A stretch of DNA of 64,000 nucleotides from Raillietiella orientalis (taxonomy: Eukaryota), in NCBI GenBank assembly GCA_036172245.1, contig JAYWIR010000089.1, positions 1 through 64,000 of the forward strand, in the 5' to 3' direction. The position numbers and the translations under genes were made by a program. Positions 52,101-64,000 of the stretch are shown piece by piece. The first letter of the stretch is position 1. The number at the start of each line of letters is the position of its first letter. Under the pieces are notes generated by a model that saw only the letters and a list, made by a program, of their open reading frames with translations, was not told the origin of the DNA and made no database searches.

Positions 52101-55100
52101 ACAATAAATCGAAAAGTGAAAACTGAACGAGCATGTGAGCTGGAGTAATTGAACACTAGAGAAGCGAATAAAAAGAAATCTGGAAAGAGACAGAAGGATC
52201 AGAAGAGCTTGAAGTCGACCTTTAAGGGAACCTATAGAACCTTAAATTTGGGGAAGTATCCTCAACTTACGGTGATTTCGAGTGCATGTGTGGAAAAATA
52301 AATAAATGGTCGTTATCTCAGTAGAGAGACGATGTTTCCGTAAATAGGATCTGCATCGCTGACAATCGGTGATTGTAGTAGCTCTAATTTCGGAGTTTTG
52401 ACCTCAAGAAGGACTACTGATGCATCAGTATAGAGATTTCTTTTTGAGTTTATCTCCGAGCTGATCTGCTCGTGCTGCTTTTTCGTCAAACAAGAAGCAC
52501 GAGTTTGTCTTTCTTTGCAAGGAAGGTAAACACATCGCCTGCGTAAGGAGAAAAAAATCGACCGACAGTGTCACCGAGACCGTGCACACAGTTTTGCATT
52601 TCATAGGTAGAAGACCATTTGTAAACGACATTTGATGCTAAAGAATGTCTACTGGTCGGATGCTTTAATACAAGAAGCAATGGTACTGTGGCAGAAATGC
52701 CTGGCAGTGATGGTTCAGAAACAAGATGGCTTTCTAGGAATTCATTGTGTGTAAATGAAGAGGATGGTCATTACTTAGAATCACACTCCCTAGGGAGCCT
52801 AGACTGCTAAATTTATATGTTTATGTTTGATTCCGTGCTTTCCGTATTCAAGCATCACCTTGGGTTTCGAATGCTTTGATGCTCGTTTAAGATAGTTATT
52901 GCTATAATCATGGACCAAAGTACCAACTGTGGTAACACTATGAATTTCCTATTGCCACGACATTTTTCGAGAAAAGTTCATGTCAGAGAAAATTAATGAC
53001 AAATGAATGCATTTTGAATTTACGTTGCACGAACCGATTGGTTACATTAGTAGTATTTCCTCGATTCTCAAATGTAGTCATTAATGCAATTCAGAATCGA
53101 ACTATGGAGTCGGTAAAAAATATACATATTGACTCGAAGCGGAAAACGGAAAGCCATGCAATACCGTAGTGAAGGAGGAACAGAGATCCAACTCATTTAT
53201 TGTTTTATGCAATCGTTAGCAAGGGCATTTCTTTTGATGGACAGCGGACCATCTGCCGAGCCACATTGCGTGGAGTTCGAAGATATCTCTTTTTCAAATA
53301 GCGCATTCCTGACTTGTAGAATCCTGAAATAGAGAGAGATGACATTACGAAAACACCATGAGGTAGCTGTGCAAGCGCAAACTCTTTAAATGGTATGCAA
53401 ATCTTCGTTTGCGTGGATGCAAGAACGGGGCAGACTTCAAAACTCCCGCTGCGTAGCACTGCGTTGAAAGATGCTGCGTTTTGTTTTCCCGCTTGATTTC
53501 AATTTTTCAAGGGAGGGATGCCGTGTAGGATGTGAAGATCAGCCCCTAAGAAGGGGAAGGATCTTTTTTCTCAGCATGTGAAGCAGCACATTACAGAAGA
53601 TCGTTCTCACTTGTAGTCCTGAAAAGAAAAACTCTGCAGAGAGGCTATTCTTTTGGAGCCTTTTAATCCACCATTGAGACCGAAAACAGTGCAGAAGAAC
53701 TTTGAACAGCAAATCCAAAATTTCAACAAAATGGCCAGGTTTTTACCGAACAAATCAGATACGAGGTCGAACATAACCAGGGGAGAAAGGACCATGCTGA
53801 ATTTGGAGAAAAGAAGGAAGGACATGAAATAGAAAGGATGAAACCAAAGTTCCAATGATTCAGATGAATTGCAGGAAATCAAAATGAAGCTTAAGAAGAA
53901 TTCCAAGTTCAAATAGGTCACGTGAAAGTAATTTTAAAGTTCACGAAACAAAGTGGATTCATTTAGAAACGAACTTTGCAGAGAACTTGAAAGAGTAGCA
54001 TGCTTTCTATGACGTGCGAACATTAGACAAATGACCATAGACTTAGCACATTCTGGTTGATGGAAATTTGGATTATCAGCCTAAGTGATTGAACCGAGAA
54101 ATTTACGTCATCGCAATAATGAGCTTTTAATTATATGTTTTTTTTTTGCTGATATTATATTATATTTTGTGAGAGCTGAACATATTTCATAAATTTCATT
54201 AAATTATGTTCTTTAGGAAATTGGAAAATTCCCTATGCTAACTCTTAACACCAGTTCATGTTCTTTTACAATTATGTTACAGATGTGTGGAGAATACGGG
54301 GAAGAAGAAACATGAAATCGAAATCAGAAAACTCCTAAAATCGATTTCGTGTTTATTAGCAAGCTTCTGTAGAAAAAGATTTGCATCATCATTGAAGCAA
54401 ATCTTTCATATTCAGTACATGATTTTCGCAACTGTTAACAATTATTAACTCTTTACTTATGATAATGAAAGCATGAAAACTCTCACGCAAACACAGCCGT
54501 TGATACGGAGCTTTTAATCTTGCTCGCTTTCCAATATGCAGATTCGTGTATCTCAGTCCTACTCTTTATTTTCAGGAGGTTTTTAAATACCTAAAGCACT
54601 ATCATTTTGAAGCCGATTTACTGCACTACGAAGCGATCCATGCAAAGAAAGCGCTGTCTTATCGCATTGATGGAACTATTAAGAAGTACACATTTTTTTT
54701 ATCATGTGTAGTTCAAACCGAAATGCCTTTTTATCGATTCCCAATCTGGTATTACGCTGTAGAACATCTCCAACCAGTCCCAATGAGTCTCAATTATCTC
54801 AATCCTCATTTCGAGTCCACACACTTGCTAACTGATAACGGGAGACTTGTTTATACAGAAAAAGCTCCAATCGCTGGAAGATACACAATTATAGCATCAC
54901 AGTATGCAGTAAATTTGTGTTACTTCCAAGTGAGATCGTTTGGAGGAATACGGCTAGAAGGAGGATTTGGACATGCTCCCATGCCATTGAAAAACAGTGT
55001 TCCTTATATTTTACCAGGTATGAATATTTCGAAAGTGTTTTTTAGTGGATATACGTTCTCTGAATGAAAGAAATAAATGCATTTATTAGTTTTCCAAAGA

Positions 55101-58100
55101 GATACTCCTTTAAAGTTCATATTCCTTGCTGCCAATTATGGCAACAGTCCTGCAAGCAGTTTCTTTGTCAGATGGACATTCCGAAAGAGCCATAGTGATA
55201 TACCACCGAAAATTCAAGAGATTTCCGATTTCGCTCATGTTTGCGTTACTGTTACTGCCCGTAACACAAATATGGAAATTGGAAAATGTGTTCCGAAAAC
55301 AGAAAACCAAGTCATGTGATATAAATCCTTAACATTGACACGAAACATCACAGTCCATAGAGTACTTGGATTTCCAGAATGTTGATTGCAAACCGTATAT
55401 AAAATTCGCTGTTTCCATAATACATGCTTTGTCGTTTTGCGGGCGAATCGCCGTTTTCTCAGCAGAACCGGGGAAACGCCCTTTTCCCGTTTGATTGTAC
55501 GTGAATGAGATGCCCACGTAGTAAAGCAGAATCGTTATCCCTGCTTAGCATGTAATAAATAATGATAGCTGCAACAAGATGAGTCAAAACACCTAAGAAT
55601 GAGGAACACGCGCATCCCTTGAGCAGCCACGGAGACTAAAGAAATAATTCGAATTTCTGGTTCTGGATAAGGACCTAAAGAAGCTGGATGGAGAATCGTG
55701 GAATTTCCTTCGCTGAATCCTCAAAACTGAAAGACGAGAAAACCTCACATTCATGGAATAAACAGAAAATGAATTTGAAGCAGTTAGAGACTGGTTCAGA
55801 AGAGAGCACAAGTGTGAGAGAGGCTTTCTAAAATATATGAGCTAAGAACCAAATCTCGCAGGTTTCCGTGTGTTTGTGAAAGCGAATAAGCTCAGACATC
55901 TTGCATCTCGTAAGAACACGGCTTATACTTGGTTTGAGACGGAGCAATTGGTTACTCCAAGATTTGCGATGAATGAACAACTCGAGAAAAGAAATTTCTG
56001 AAATCTAAGAATGATAGGAATGATGTACCTAGAAAAGCGTCCGGAATTTGACTACAAGAGTCTGTCAGAATCTTCGAGAACAATCCTGCAGATCCTCTAC
56101 AAAGCAATAGGATGAGCCAGTGCAAGATGGAAGCGTTTTTCGACACATGTTTTGGTCGTAGATTCATTGTGCTTACGTGATAAGAGAACTTGTTTTATTA
56201 ATACGCATGAAACATGGATTTTTTTTGGTCACGCTGGAGAGCTGAAATTCATAGATTTGATGCATTTCAACGACAATCGAAAGTAACAAAATAATTTGTG
56301 CCACAAAGGTCGGTTTGACCTTTGTGGCACAAATCTTGATCTTCTCCAAAGGTTTTCACATCTAATCTGACATACAAAAGCCGAATGAAAAAAACTTATT
56401 AAGAATAAGGCACAATTGTAGTTAAAGCCAATTAAGCATGTGACGGATTCCAAATTTACTGCAAGTGATGTGAATCAGGATAAGCTGTTCGAAGACAAGC
56501 CTGAACTGCAACGTGAAACGACGTATGCAATTCAGAAACCATAGTAACTGCTCATTCTCTGCTCTGTCGAGTGAAATCGGTTGGCCACAGGTTGCGAAAA
56601 AGGAGGGAAGTGAAATTTCGTAGCCGAAGACAAGCGTTGATGCAAGACGAATCCTAACACAAACATCTGTTTGGAAAAGAAAAAATGAACAACGCAGAAT
56701 TTTGCATTCCGAATGATACTCCCGTCGGAATCGCCTTCTACAGGTGGACATACTTCCCATGTTAGGAGTAGCAAACACACATAACGTAAATCGAGAACAG
56801 TCTAGCATTGTGTTGCGCTCATATGTGAGTTGAAATCGGAGTTATAGCTAATCATTGGATATACACAAGCTGCTATATCTTATAATCAGTAGTCGAGTGC
56901 AACTAACAGGCTGTCAATAATCAATTGATCATTGACTGTTTATGTATGGTATTTTTTATTTTCATAGAAAGTACATGTGTTGGTGGGTATAACCGTCGCT
57001 ACAGCAGTGCAAACCCTTTGAAGCGTAGTGAATTGCCACCCTTAAAAAACTCGAGCAAGGACCAATTCATCTGCTCTTTACAGATAACAGAGAACGATAC
57101 TTCAATATGTGACTGTCTGAATTGATAGTAGTGATCACTTTCAAAAGCAATGATCAAGGAAATAGTCCTTCATTCAGTGGCTGGGAGACGTTACGTGATT
57201 TGCCACGTGTATCATGGTTTCATTCATTCATATAATGGCATTTAGGTAATTTAGAGATTCTCGACGAGGATCCTACACAACGTTTCTAAGCAAAACTACA
57301 GATCCAAGACTGAATTTGTGCAATTGTGCGGTTTTTCGTTATATCTGTCATTCTATTAAATAGAAGAACACTCGGAATTCGAATGGTTTTCTTACTGTTG
57401 AGTAATTGAGTGGAGTAATTGAAACTGCAGAGCAATCAACGAAATGAGAAGGAGCGAATTGTTCACGTTAGTCTTCCACCCGATGGGCAATGAGTTAAGC
57501 TAGCTTTTAAAACAACTGATAATGAAATGTGTGGTTTTTAATCCTGTTTCAATTAAACGTGCATGTTGCTTGGAGTTCCAAGTATACAAGTTGTGTTGCT
57601 CGGACTGATGTTGAATTGAGTAGTGGAAATCGCTTACATGCTCTCTTTATTTAGAAATACGCACTAGTGCATGTGTTCGCATCCTTTCACGTACTAATCT
57701 GTATTGAATGCATGCACAGAGTGATCCAAAACAAAAATCAGATGTCCAGAGAAATTGCTTTTAAAAGAATTTACTGGCAAGCTCTGATTGTACATAGCGG
57801 AGAATGTCCTTTTGTGGCATTGCAGCTCTTGACGGCACAAGCGATCAAGGAACAACGCTTTTCAGGAATTAGGCTCGCAAATTCATGCTTGGAGAATGTT
57901 TAGAAATTCCCGAGAGATTCAGTTGTAATCTTGAAATCATACGTGGACTATAACTCGGAGCAAACTGAGTGAATGGTAATGATTATCGCTTAACCGATGA
58001 ACTTACATGAAGAAAAAAAAAATACTCAGAATTTGCATACACTATTTTGGATAATATGTAATAAGTTCATTTGTTTCCAGAAAGCACCAGCTTTATGTAT

Positions 58101-61100
58101 TTTATTTATCCAATACCATTTAGCGCGGTGAGGTTCATTAGTCTGGTCGAAGTTAGAGACAGAAAAGGCATCCCTATACGTACGATCAAGAAGCCTCTCC
58201 CCCTACCTGAACACAAGCTTTATGAAATTGGCGCCCTCATGGAAGAATTCGGTTACATAATGGTACGGTTATTTCATCATTTTAACATGAAATATAAATA
58301 CATGCTATGAAGTCATGAAGCTTTATACTCAAACCATCTTTAATTGTGTTCCATGGCTTTTAGAGAAAGGTAGCCAGGAAATGAAATACAATAGTCATCA
58401 GATATTTAGATATTTAGTATTCCAATTCATATGATTGAGGGATTTCAAAGATTCCGGTTCCATCGTTAAAATTGGAAGGAACCACAATGATCACATTTGC
58501 CCGATCATCGAGCACTTTATTGACATTTAGGCTTTGTATCTCCTATTTGCATGCTATAGCAGCTTGTGGTTTTAAGTGAGGAATTAAAATCGAAAGCTGA
58601 TCGCGCGACTCGGCAGTCTAATGCAAGAAAGCAAGTCATTGGGCCGGTATTTCGACTCGTTATGGCTTACTGATTTCGTTTGCTTATGCAAATTCCTTTA
58701 GATTTGCTGTTCTCACTATAACCTCATTCTCTGTTCAACTGATTTCGAAAGTCCTTAGAAAAGAAAAGCCAAATTCCGCAACTCCCGGGCAACTTGTGCA
58801 TTGATGACACGATGCATTCTTCCACACATGAGAAAGAAATTTCAAGTTCTCAAGTAATCAACTTGATTGGTATTCCTTCTGCATTTCGAGATGGGTCTTG
58901 ACAGAAAACAGTCAGAATACTAGAGGACTTTGAATAAAATACAGAGTCACCTCAGTTTTCAGATTGCAAGTAGTCAAAACCCAAGTTCATGTCAGGTCCC
59001 CTAAATTTCGGAACAGTTCTTGAAGTTTTGTTTCTTGAAACTGGGAATATGCTTGGCCTCGCCGTATCAAGATAGAACCCTGCTATTAAAATTTGTTTCA
59101 ACCTTAGGAGTTTGTTCGTAAAAATTCTTGCTAGTCACATTTGCTGTATTGTAGTTATTCGATCGTAATCTCCACGTACAAGTTAGAACAAAGCGAGAAA
59201 AAAGACAAATGTGGTTCAAAGTAATTGTTTATTTTATCATTTGCTTACCTTGTTTCTTCGTAACGAAACGTTCTAGCTTATATCAATGGCAATATGACAA
59301 AGGTGTTTACGCACTAAAAGTGAGCTGCTTCTAGGTTGAAGGAGTCACTTCCACAGGGATACCATTTATCAGACAAGTAGAAAGACCAATAATCACCATA
59401 AATGAACGATGTAAGTACGAGTTGAAGAAATATTCCGCACTTCATTTAGCAGTAATTCCTGTGTCTCACACCTACTCGCTATCTGGGTCCAATCATGGTT
59501 ACTCACCACCTAACAGCAGGTGCTCTGAAATGGTTACTGACAGTCAGGACAGCAGCAGTCATTGCCACACAAAGCACGATTTATTTCGGATTTATTTCAC
59601 ATTTGATGTGGACTGCCAAGTCTCATGCACTCTTAGACCTATGAATCATAATGTTCAAGAATTCGGAAGGCTCCAGACATGCGCATTCTCTGTTACATGC
59701 GTTTTCCATCTCTTCAACTCCTTTTTATGAAAGCATGAGCAAACTTTAATATGCAGTGCTTTCTTTTTTGAGTTGGACCAATCGTGTGTTACGTGAGCAT
59801 CGTGCAGATTAACAGCTTGACAAATACGGAACGGCTGCGATCTAGCGAAAGCGACCAAGCATTCATTTCCTAACTTTTATTCTGGATTCATGCATAACGA
59901 ACAACACGAGATCACAGGTCATGCAATCTTATTCATTTTGTACAGTCCAACGTTGTTGAAACTGAGGAGGCTCGATGGAAGCATAGAATCGCGTTGTCAA
60001 GATTTCAGCATGTTCAGAGATAGTCCTGTTTTCATCTTGGGATTCCGTTTTCGCCACTTCGCTCCTTTCTCAGCAATTTGAAAATCCAGTACATTGAGAA
60101 TGACATGAAACAGCAGACCCTCTTAAATTCGTTGCCCAATATCAACTGTGGAAACTGAATGATGGATCAATTATGGATACCGCCGTTATCTCCAAGTCCC
60201 AAGTTCGTAGCATGAGTTTACGAATACTGAGGTGTAACGTATATTGTATTTGGGAAAATTTGGTCCAAAACGAGTCAAAATGCACGCGTCTTCAAGACTG
60301 GGAGTGATGAACTCTTGAACCGTTGATGGTTCTGTCACGAATGAAGCTGGGATTCATAGGGCTTTTTTTCTCAGCCTTGTCCTAATGGTAGCTCCAGTGT
60401 TTGAAATATTCACTATGGAGGTCTCAAAGAGCTCTTCGAAGGTGATGCCTATCATACCGAAAGCTCATTGAAAGTCCCACTGTAAAAGATGTGAACACTA
60501 CACGGGGCTGTGAGAATAGTCTACCTTGGAATGGAGGAGACCCTCATCATCGTCTTGAAAAATCTCCTCGAAAGAAACAAGGGTATCGCCGAATTGCTTT
60601 CCTTCCTTTGTAATAAATCACTGAGTTTCGTTAGCAATTTCAGTTAATGTTTTGATCTACTAGCTGAGCTATGTATGCGAGAAAAATGTCCTGCATTCAC
60701 TTGGACTTCAGAGAGACGTTCTCCATAAGACTTCATTCAGATTTCATTGGTTTCAGCGGTATTTTTGCGCGCCTTCATTTGTGTTCTGTGTTCGTTCTTC
60801 ATTTCTGTTCTGTCTGTGTTTGTCTGCGCTTTCACCAGCAATCTTTTTGAAAAGCGGTCTTCCTTCAGCTATTTCTGTAGGCCTGGGAGAAATTGGCTAC
60901 TTTCTCACCCTTAAGAATGATATTCCATCAATCCATACCTCCTGCTTTCTCTGAGGCGAGATTTCGGACGTATTTATTAACGAACAGCTCCTCCGTATCT
61001 CCTCGGCACGGAGCTGCTTTCCTCTTTACTTTCACTTCATATCCTCTCTATAGGCTGCTCATTATTCTGGAAAAATTTGTGGTCAGTTTTCTTATGTTTT

Positions 61101-62090
61101 TCTTTGTGCTTTTTGACTCTTTGAAGAATTCGTTTTTCTGCTGTGATCATCTTTCACAGACCAAAGAAACGCGAAACATCTCATAGCAGAGTTCCGTTGA
61201 AGCAAACTGTGATTATGTATGCTAACAGCAAGCCTTGCATCGGAAGAATGACTGGCGCGAGGCATTCGCTGATGGCTCATGATGTCCAGCATTCTGTTGT
61301 ATTCCTTAGTGAGCAGGAGACCCAGGGGCTGATTCGGAAATATGTTTAAAGGACAGGAAAGTTTGGATTTTTGTGAGGCGGTTTATGTAAGAAAAAATTC
61401 ATCCATTCCTCTTGCAAACAATTCATTTGACATAATTTTCGCCCGTAATAATTCGAGTTTTAGATATTTTTCTGCTAAACTTCCCAAGATCTATACATGA
61501 TAATAGCAGTCTATACATAATAATAGTTTCCAATAGGGCGCTATGTTTCCATTCATTTTCACGAGTTCGTCGAGGCTCTGTTTGTCCTTTTCTAATCGGT
61601 ATTTGCTGATTTTCGTGGATGCAGTTGCTCTTGAAAATGCAATTCCAAATTACCTCAGAAATGTTTACCATCTAATTGTATACCACAAAGATATCTAAAA
61701 TGTTAATTGAATTTTTAATCTGTAATAAACTCGAATGATGTCTCACTTATTTATTTCCAGCTCATCCTACGGTAAATATAGTATTTCCTCCACAAAGGGA
61801 TGGCGATTTCACAAAAATATACTGCATTATCACCTCGTATTCACCTTTTGTGGCCAGTTTTGATACTGATTTTACAGCCATGCATTCTCATGCGTAAGAA
61901 AAAAAAATGTTTCTTAGGAAATAGGAATGCATATGCACTCATTGACTGTTGAATTTCCTCAGAGTTGAGGAGTCCCCACTTCATCTGACTATAAGTGGAA
62001 AGTATTCAGCGCTGAATAATACAAGTTTTTACTGTCAAGCAAGAAATTGGTATGCATACGATTCCAAGACCCGAAAATTTGTATTCCATG
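46169..62090 (+). CDS. Divergent hemicentin-like secreted VWA + Ig protein, 3'-incomplete; exons 46169-46517, 47365-47503, 49715-49805, 51272-51391, 54576-55017, 58081-58262, 59335-59410, 61761-61893, 61963-62090
   Basis: All nine exons join in frame through GT-AG introns. Segments: signal peptide (SLALLVLVLSSARLSSA); FGILIDASYALYD; EGSFVFIYSDAASK; EVFKYL..RIDGTIKK; PIAGRYTI; ISLVEVRDRKGIPIRTI; VEGVTSTGIPFIR; HPTVNI..IYCIITSYSPF; FYCQARN. These are collinear with the hemicentin N-terminus as recalled. Confidence 0.8.
56294..56334. repeat. Perfect 18-bp inverted repeat with a 5-nt loop
   Basis: atttgtgccacaaaggtc-ggttt-gacctttgtggcacaaat. Confidence 0.95.
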
Positions 62091-63211
62091 GTAAGGAAAA
62101 AAAAACATTTTTTGAATATGAGAAAGAACAACTCATTTTGCAGAAGACAAAGAATGTTCTAACGACACCGGTGTTCAATTTGCTAATGGATGCAATGAAG
62201 ACTTCTGGTGGAAGTCCCCTTACAATAAGTCGAAAGATTGCCACAAATACTGTCGTTTCTTCCTGAGACTTATGTCACAAACATGCTCTATAAAGTAAGA
62301 AAAACCTCAGCTAATACCCTAGCCATAGATTAAAACTTTACAAAGAGTCAGTATTAATCTTTTGCATCCCTTTAATAACGGAAACCTGCGTTATTCCGTT
62401 GGCGCATCTGCATTTTGATAGGAGATTCGATTCTGATAAGGAACCCTAAATAATGTAAAATACTTTATCATCTGAGCATCCTGAAACAACCGTCATTCTA
62501 AGGAAATCATCTAGAGATCCGATCATTCATTGCGCAGCTCAGTCTACTCTTCCACCTTGCTCATTATTTGCTTATTCTAAATCTCAGATAAGTTTCAGTT
62601 TTCTCACCTGATGAAATGCAGAATCACCTAAATTGTGTCTAATGTAAGCTGCAAGAAGGACATGGAGAAGGAACACTGTAATCTGACTCGATGATGTCCT
62701 CATCCAAATTTTGTATGGAGTATTCAATAGACTTTTGGGCTGTGGGAGAAACTTGAAAATTTCCACGATACTGAAGAGCAGACAGTCTCAACCAGCAAAT
62801 AGCACCATTCCATCCAAATTAAAATGCGAATAATAAGGAGATAATTTCTGACTATTCGCCAATCAATGAGACGTGAATATTCCATCATGAATCATAGTCG
62901 ATAGAAACGAGTATACCAATGCTGTACTGTTCATTTGTCCACATGACTTGAGCTTTTCTCTCCCGCCTTCGCTGAATCGAATCCATAAAGTAGGATTCCC
63001 CCTTAGTTTGCGCCACTGCTACTAGTTTTCTCATCCGAAGGCTTCGAGAGTCCATTTAATTTTCGAAAACGGAAAAGCACCGACAAGCGTAGTCGATGCC
63101 GCTCTCTATCGTGGAGCAGTAGCAACCCAAAGTTCATATGAGAGCATGCTATTCGATTTCCTGCCAATACTGAAACAGTCGAGCGGAACGGTCCCACACT
63201 ATCAATCAGTC

Positions 63212-63288
63212 TTGTCCACCTTGTTTGCTCCGAGTTTCAAGGTTTAAAGAACGTTGTCCACCTTGTTTGCTCCGGGTTCCAAGGTTTT
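63212..63288 (+). repeat. Short imperfect tandem duplication (period about 42 bp)
   Basis: ttgtccaccttgtttgctccg(a/g)gtt(t/c)caaggttt occurs twice. Confidence 0.85.
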
Positions 63289-64000
63289 CAACACAAGAAT
63301 GCTCCAGAGTTCTAACGATGTTGACATCGGGGTCTTTCGAGCATCCTATAAACATCACACTCTTGATGTAAACATTGATCTATCTCCGAAATTTTAAACA
63401 TTTTATGGAAGGGTTCAGGGGAAAAAGAAAATTTGTTCTACCTAGCTGCTAACCGAGGTCATGCCGATGTATTGCATAAATGAAATGCTGTTCTTATCGT
63501 GTTCTAGAATTAGACTTATAGAAGCCGATATGAATAGAGGAGTGTCGAGGACTCAGTCATGCCACTCGGCACAGTCGATCTCTATATCGATAGGAGATAA
63601 AAAGCACATACTTTGCGGGAAAAGAAGTGGTGAGGAAGGTAAGACTTTGTTATATTTGAAAACACCAATAAGCATTGACAGTTATTATTTGAAAGCACTA
63701 ACACGAAAGAGCTGTTTCACATGATCTATCATTACTGGGTTTCATGCATCGCACCTTAGAAAACGAATGAAATTTGATGCGAGACTGAGTCACTTTATCA
63801 CGGTTTCCCTTTTTCGTTCTTTTTTAATGAAAATACCCTGATATGTCTCTAAACAAAAAAATTGAATTAACGTGAAAAAGGTGGTGCCATCTACAAGGAG
63901 AGTATGCAGGGCAAATACATTCAATGACTCTGTGGAGATTTGCTCTGCAGTCTTGCAATACTGAAGCTTTACAGTGTAATCTAATTACGATGTAATTAAA

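Noticed and set aside
52600..53480. VYWSDA..VQKQ and IFVCVDAR as VWA exon candidates
   Set aside because: They lack compatible splice sites or have upstream stops; the 49715-49805 exon fits better.
55077..55319. Extra exon of the hemicentin-like gene
   Set aside because: The exon at 58081 already follows 55017 in phase and fits the expected collinear sequence. Alternative use is not excluded.
1..64000. CRISPR arrays, rRNA, tRNA or prokaryotic operons
   Set aside because: The DNA is intron-containing and eukaryotic; no such patterns were seen by eye.

Overview
Eukaryotic (animal, probably arthropod: the myosin light chain N-terminus is sqh-like) genomic DNA with many ~45-110 nt introns. I reconstructed six spliced genes by hand: an AKR1-type aldo-keto reductase (- strand, 1329-5182), TFIIH p52/GTF2H4 (+, 17493-19504), a CMTR2-like cap methyltransferase (-, 19995-22717), selenoprotein F with an in-frame UGA and a SECIS element (-, 22945-23844), a non-muscle myosin regulatory light chain (+, 27233-27848), and a highly divergent hemicentin-like VWA/Ig gene (+, from 46169, nine phase-consistent exons, probably continuing past the window). 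There is also a tandemly duplicated candidate two-exon microprotein gene (9644-10777). Most remaining DNA from 1 to 44 kb is nested, decayed L1/Tx1-like LINE sequence. The most notable observations are an apparent GA-AG intron plus other relaxed splice signals, a CMTR2 with Glu in place of the first catalytic Lys lying very close behind SELENOF, and a tail-less LINE 3' end with a covarying RNA structure. All family assignments come from recalled motifs; no database searches were run.
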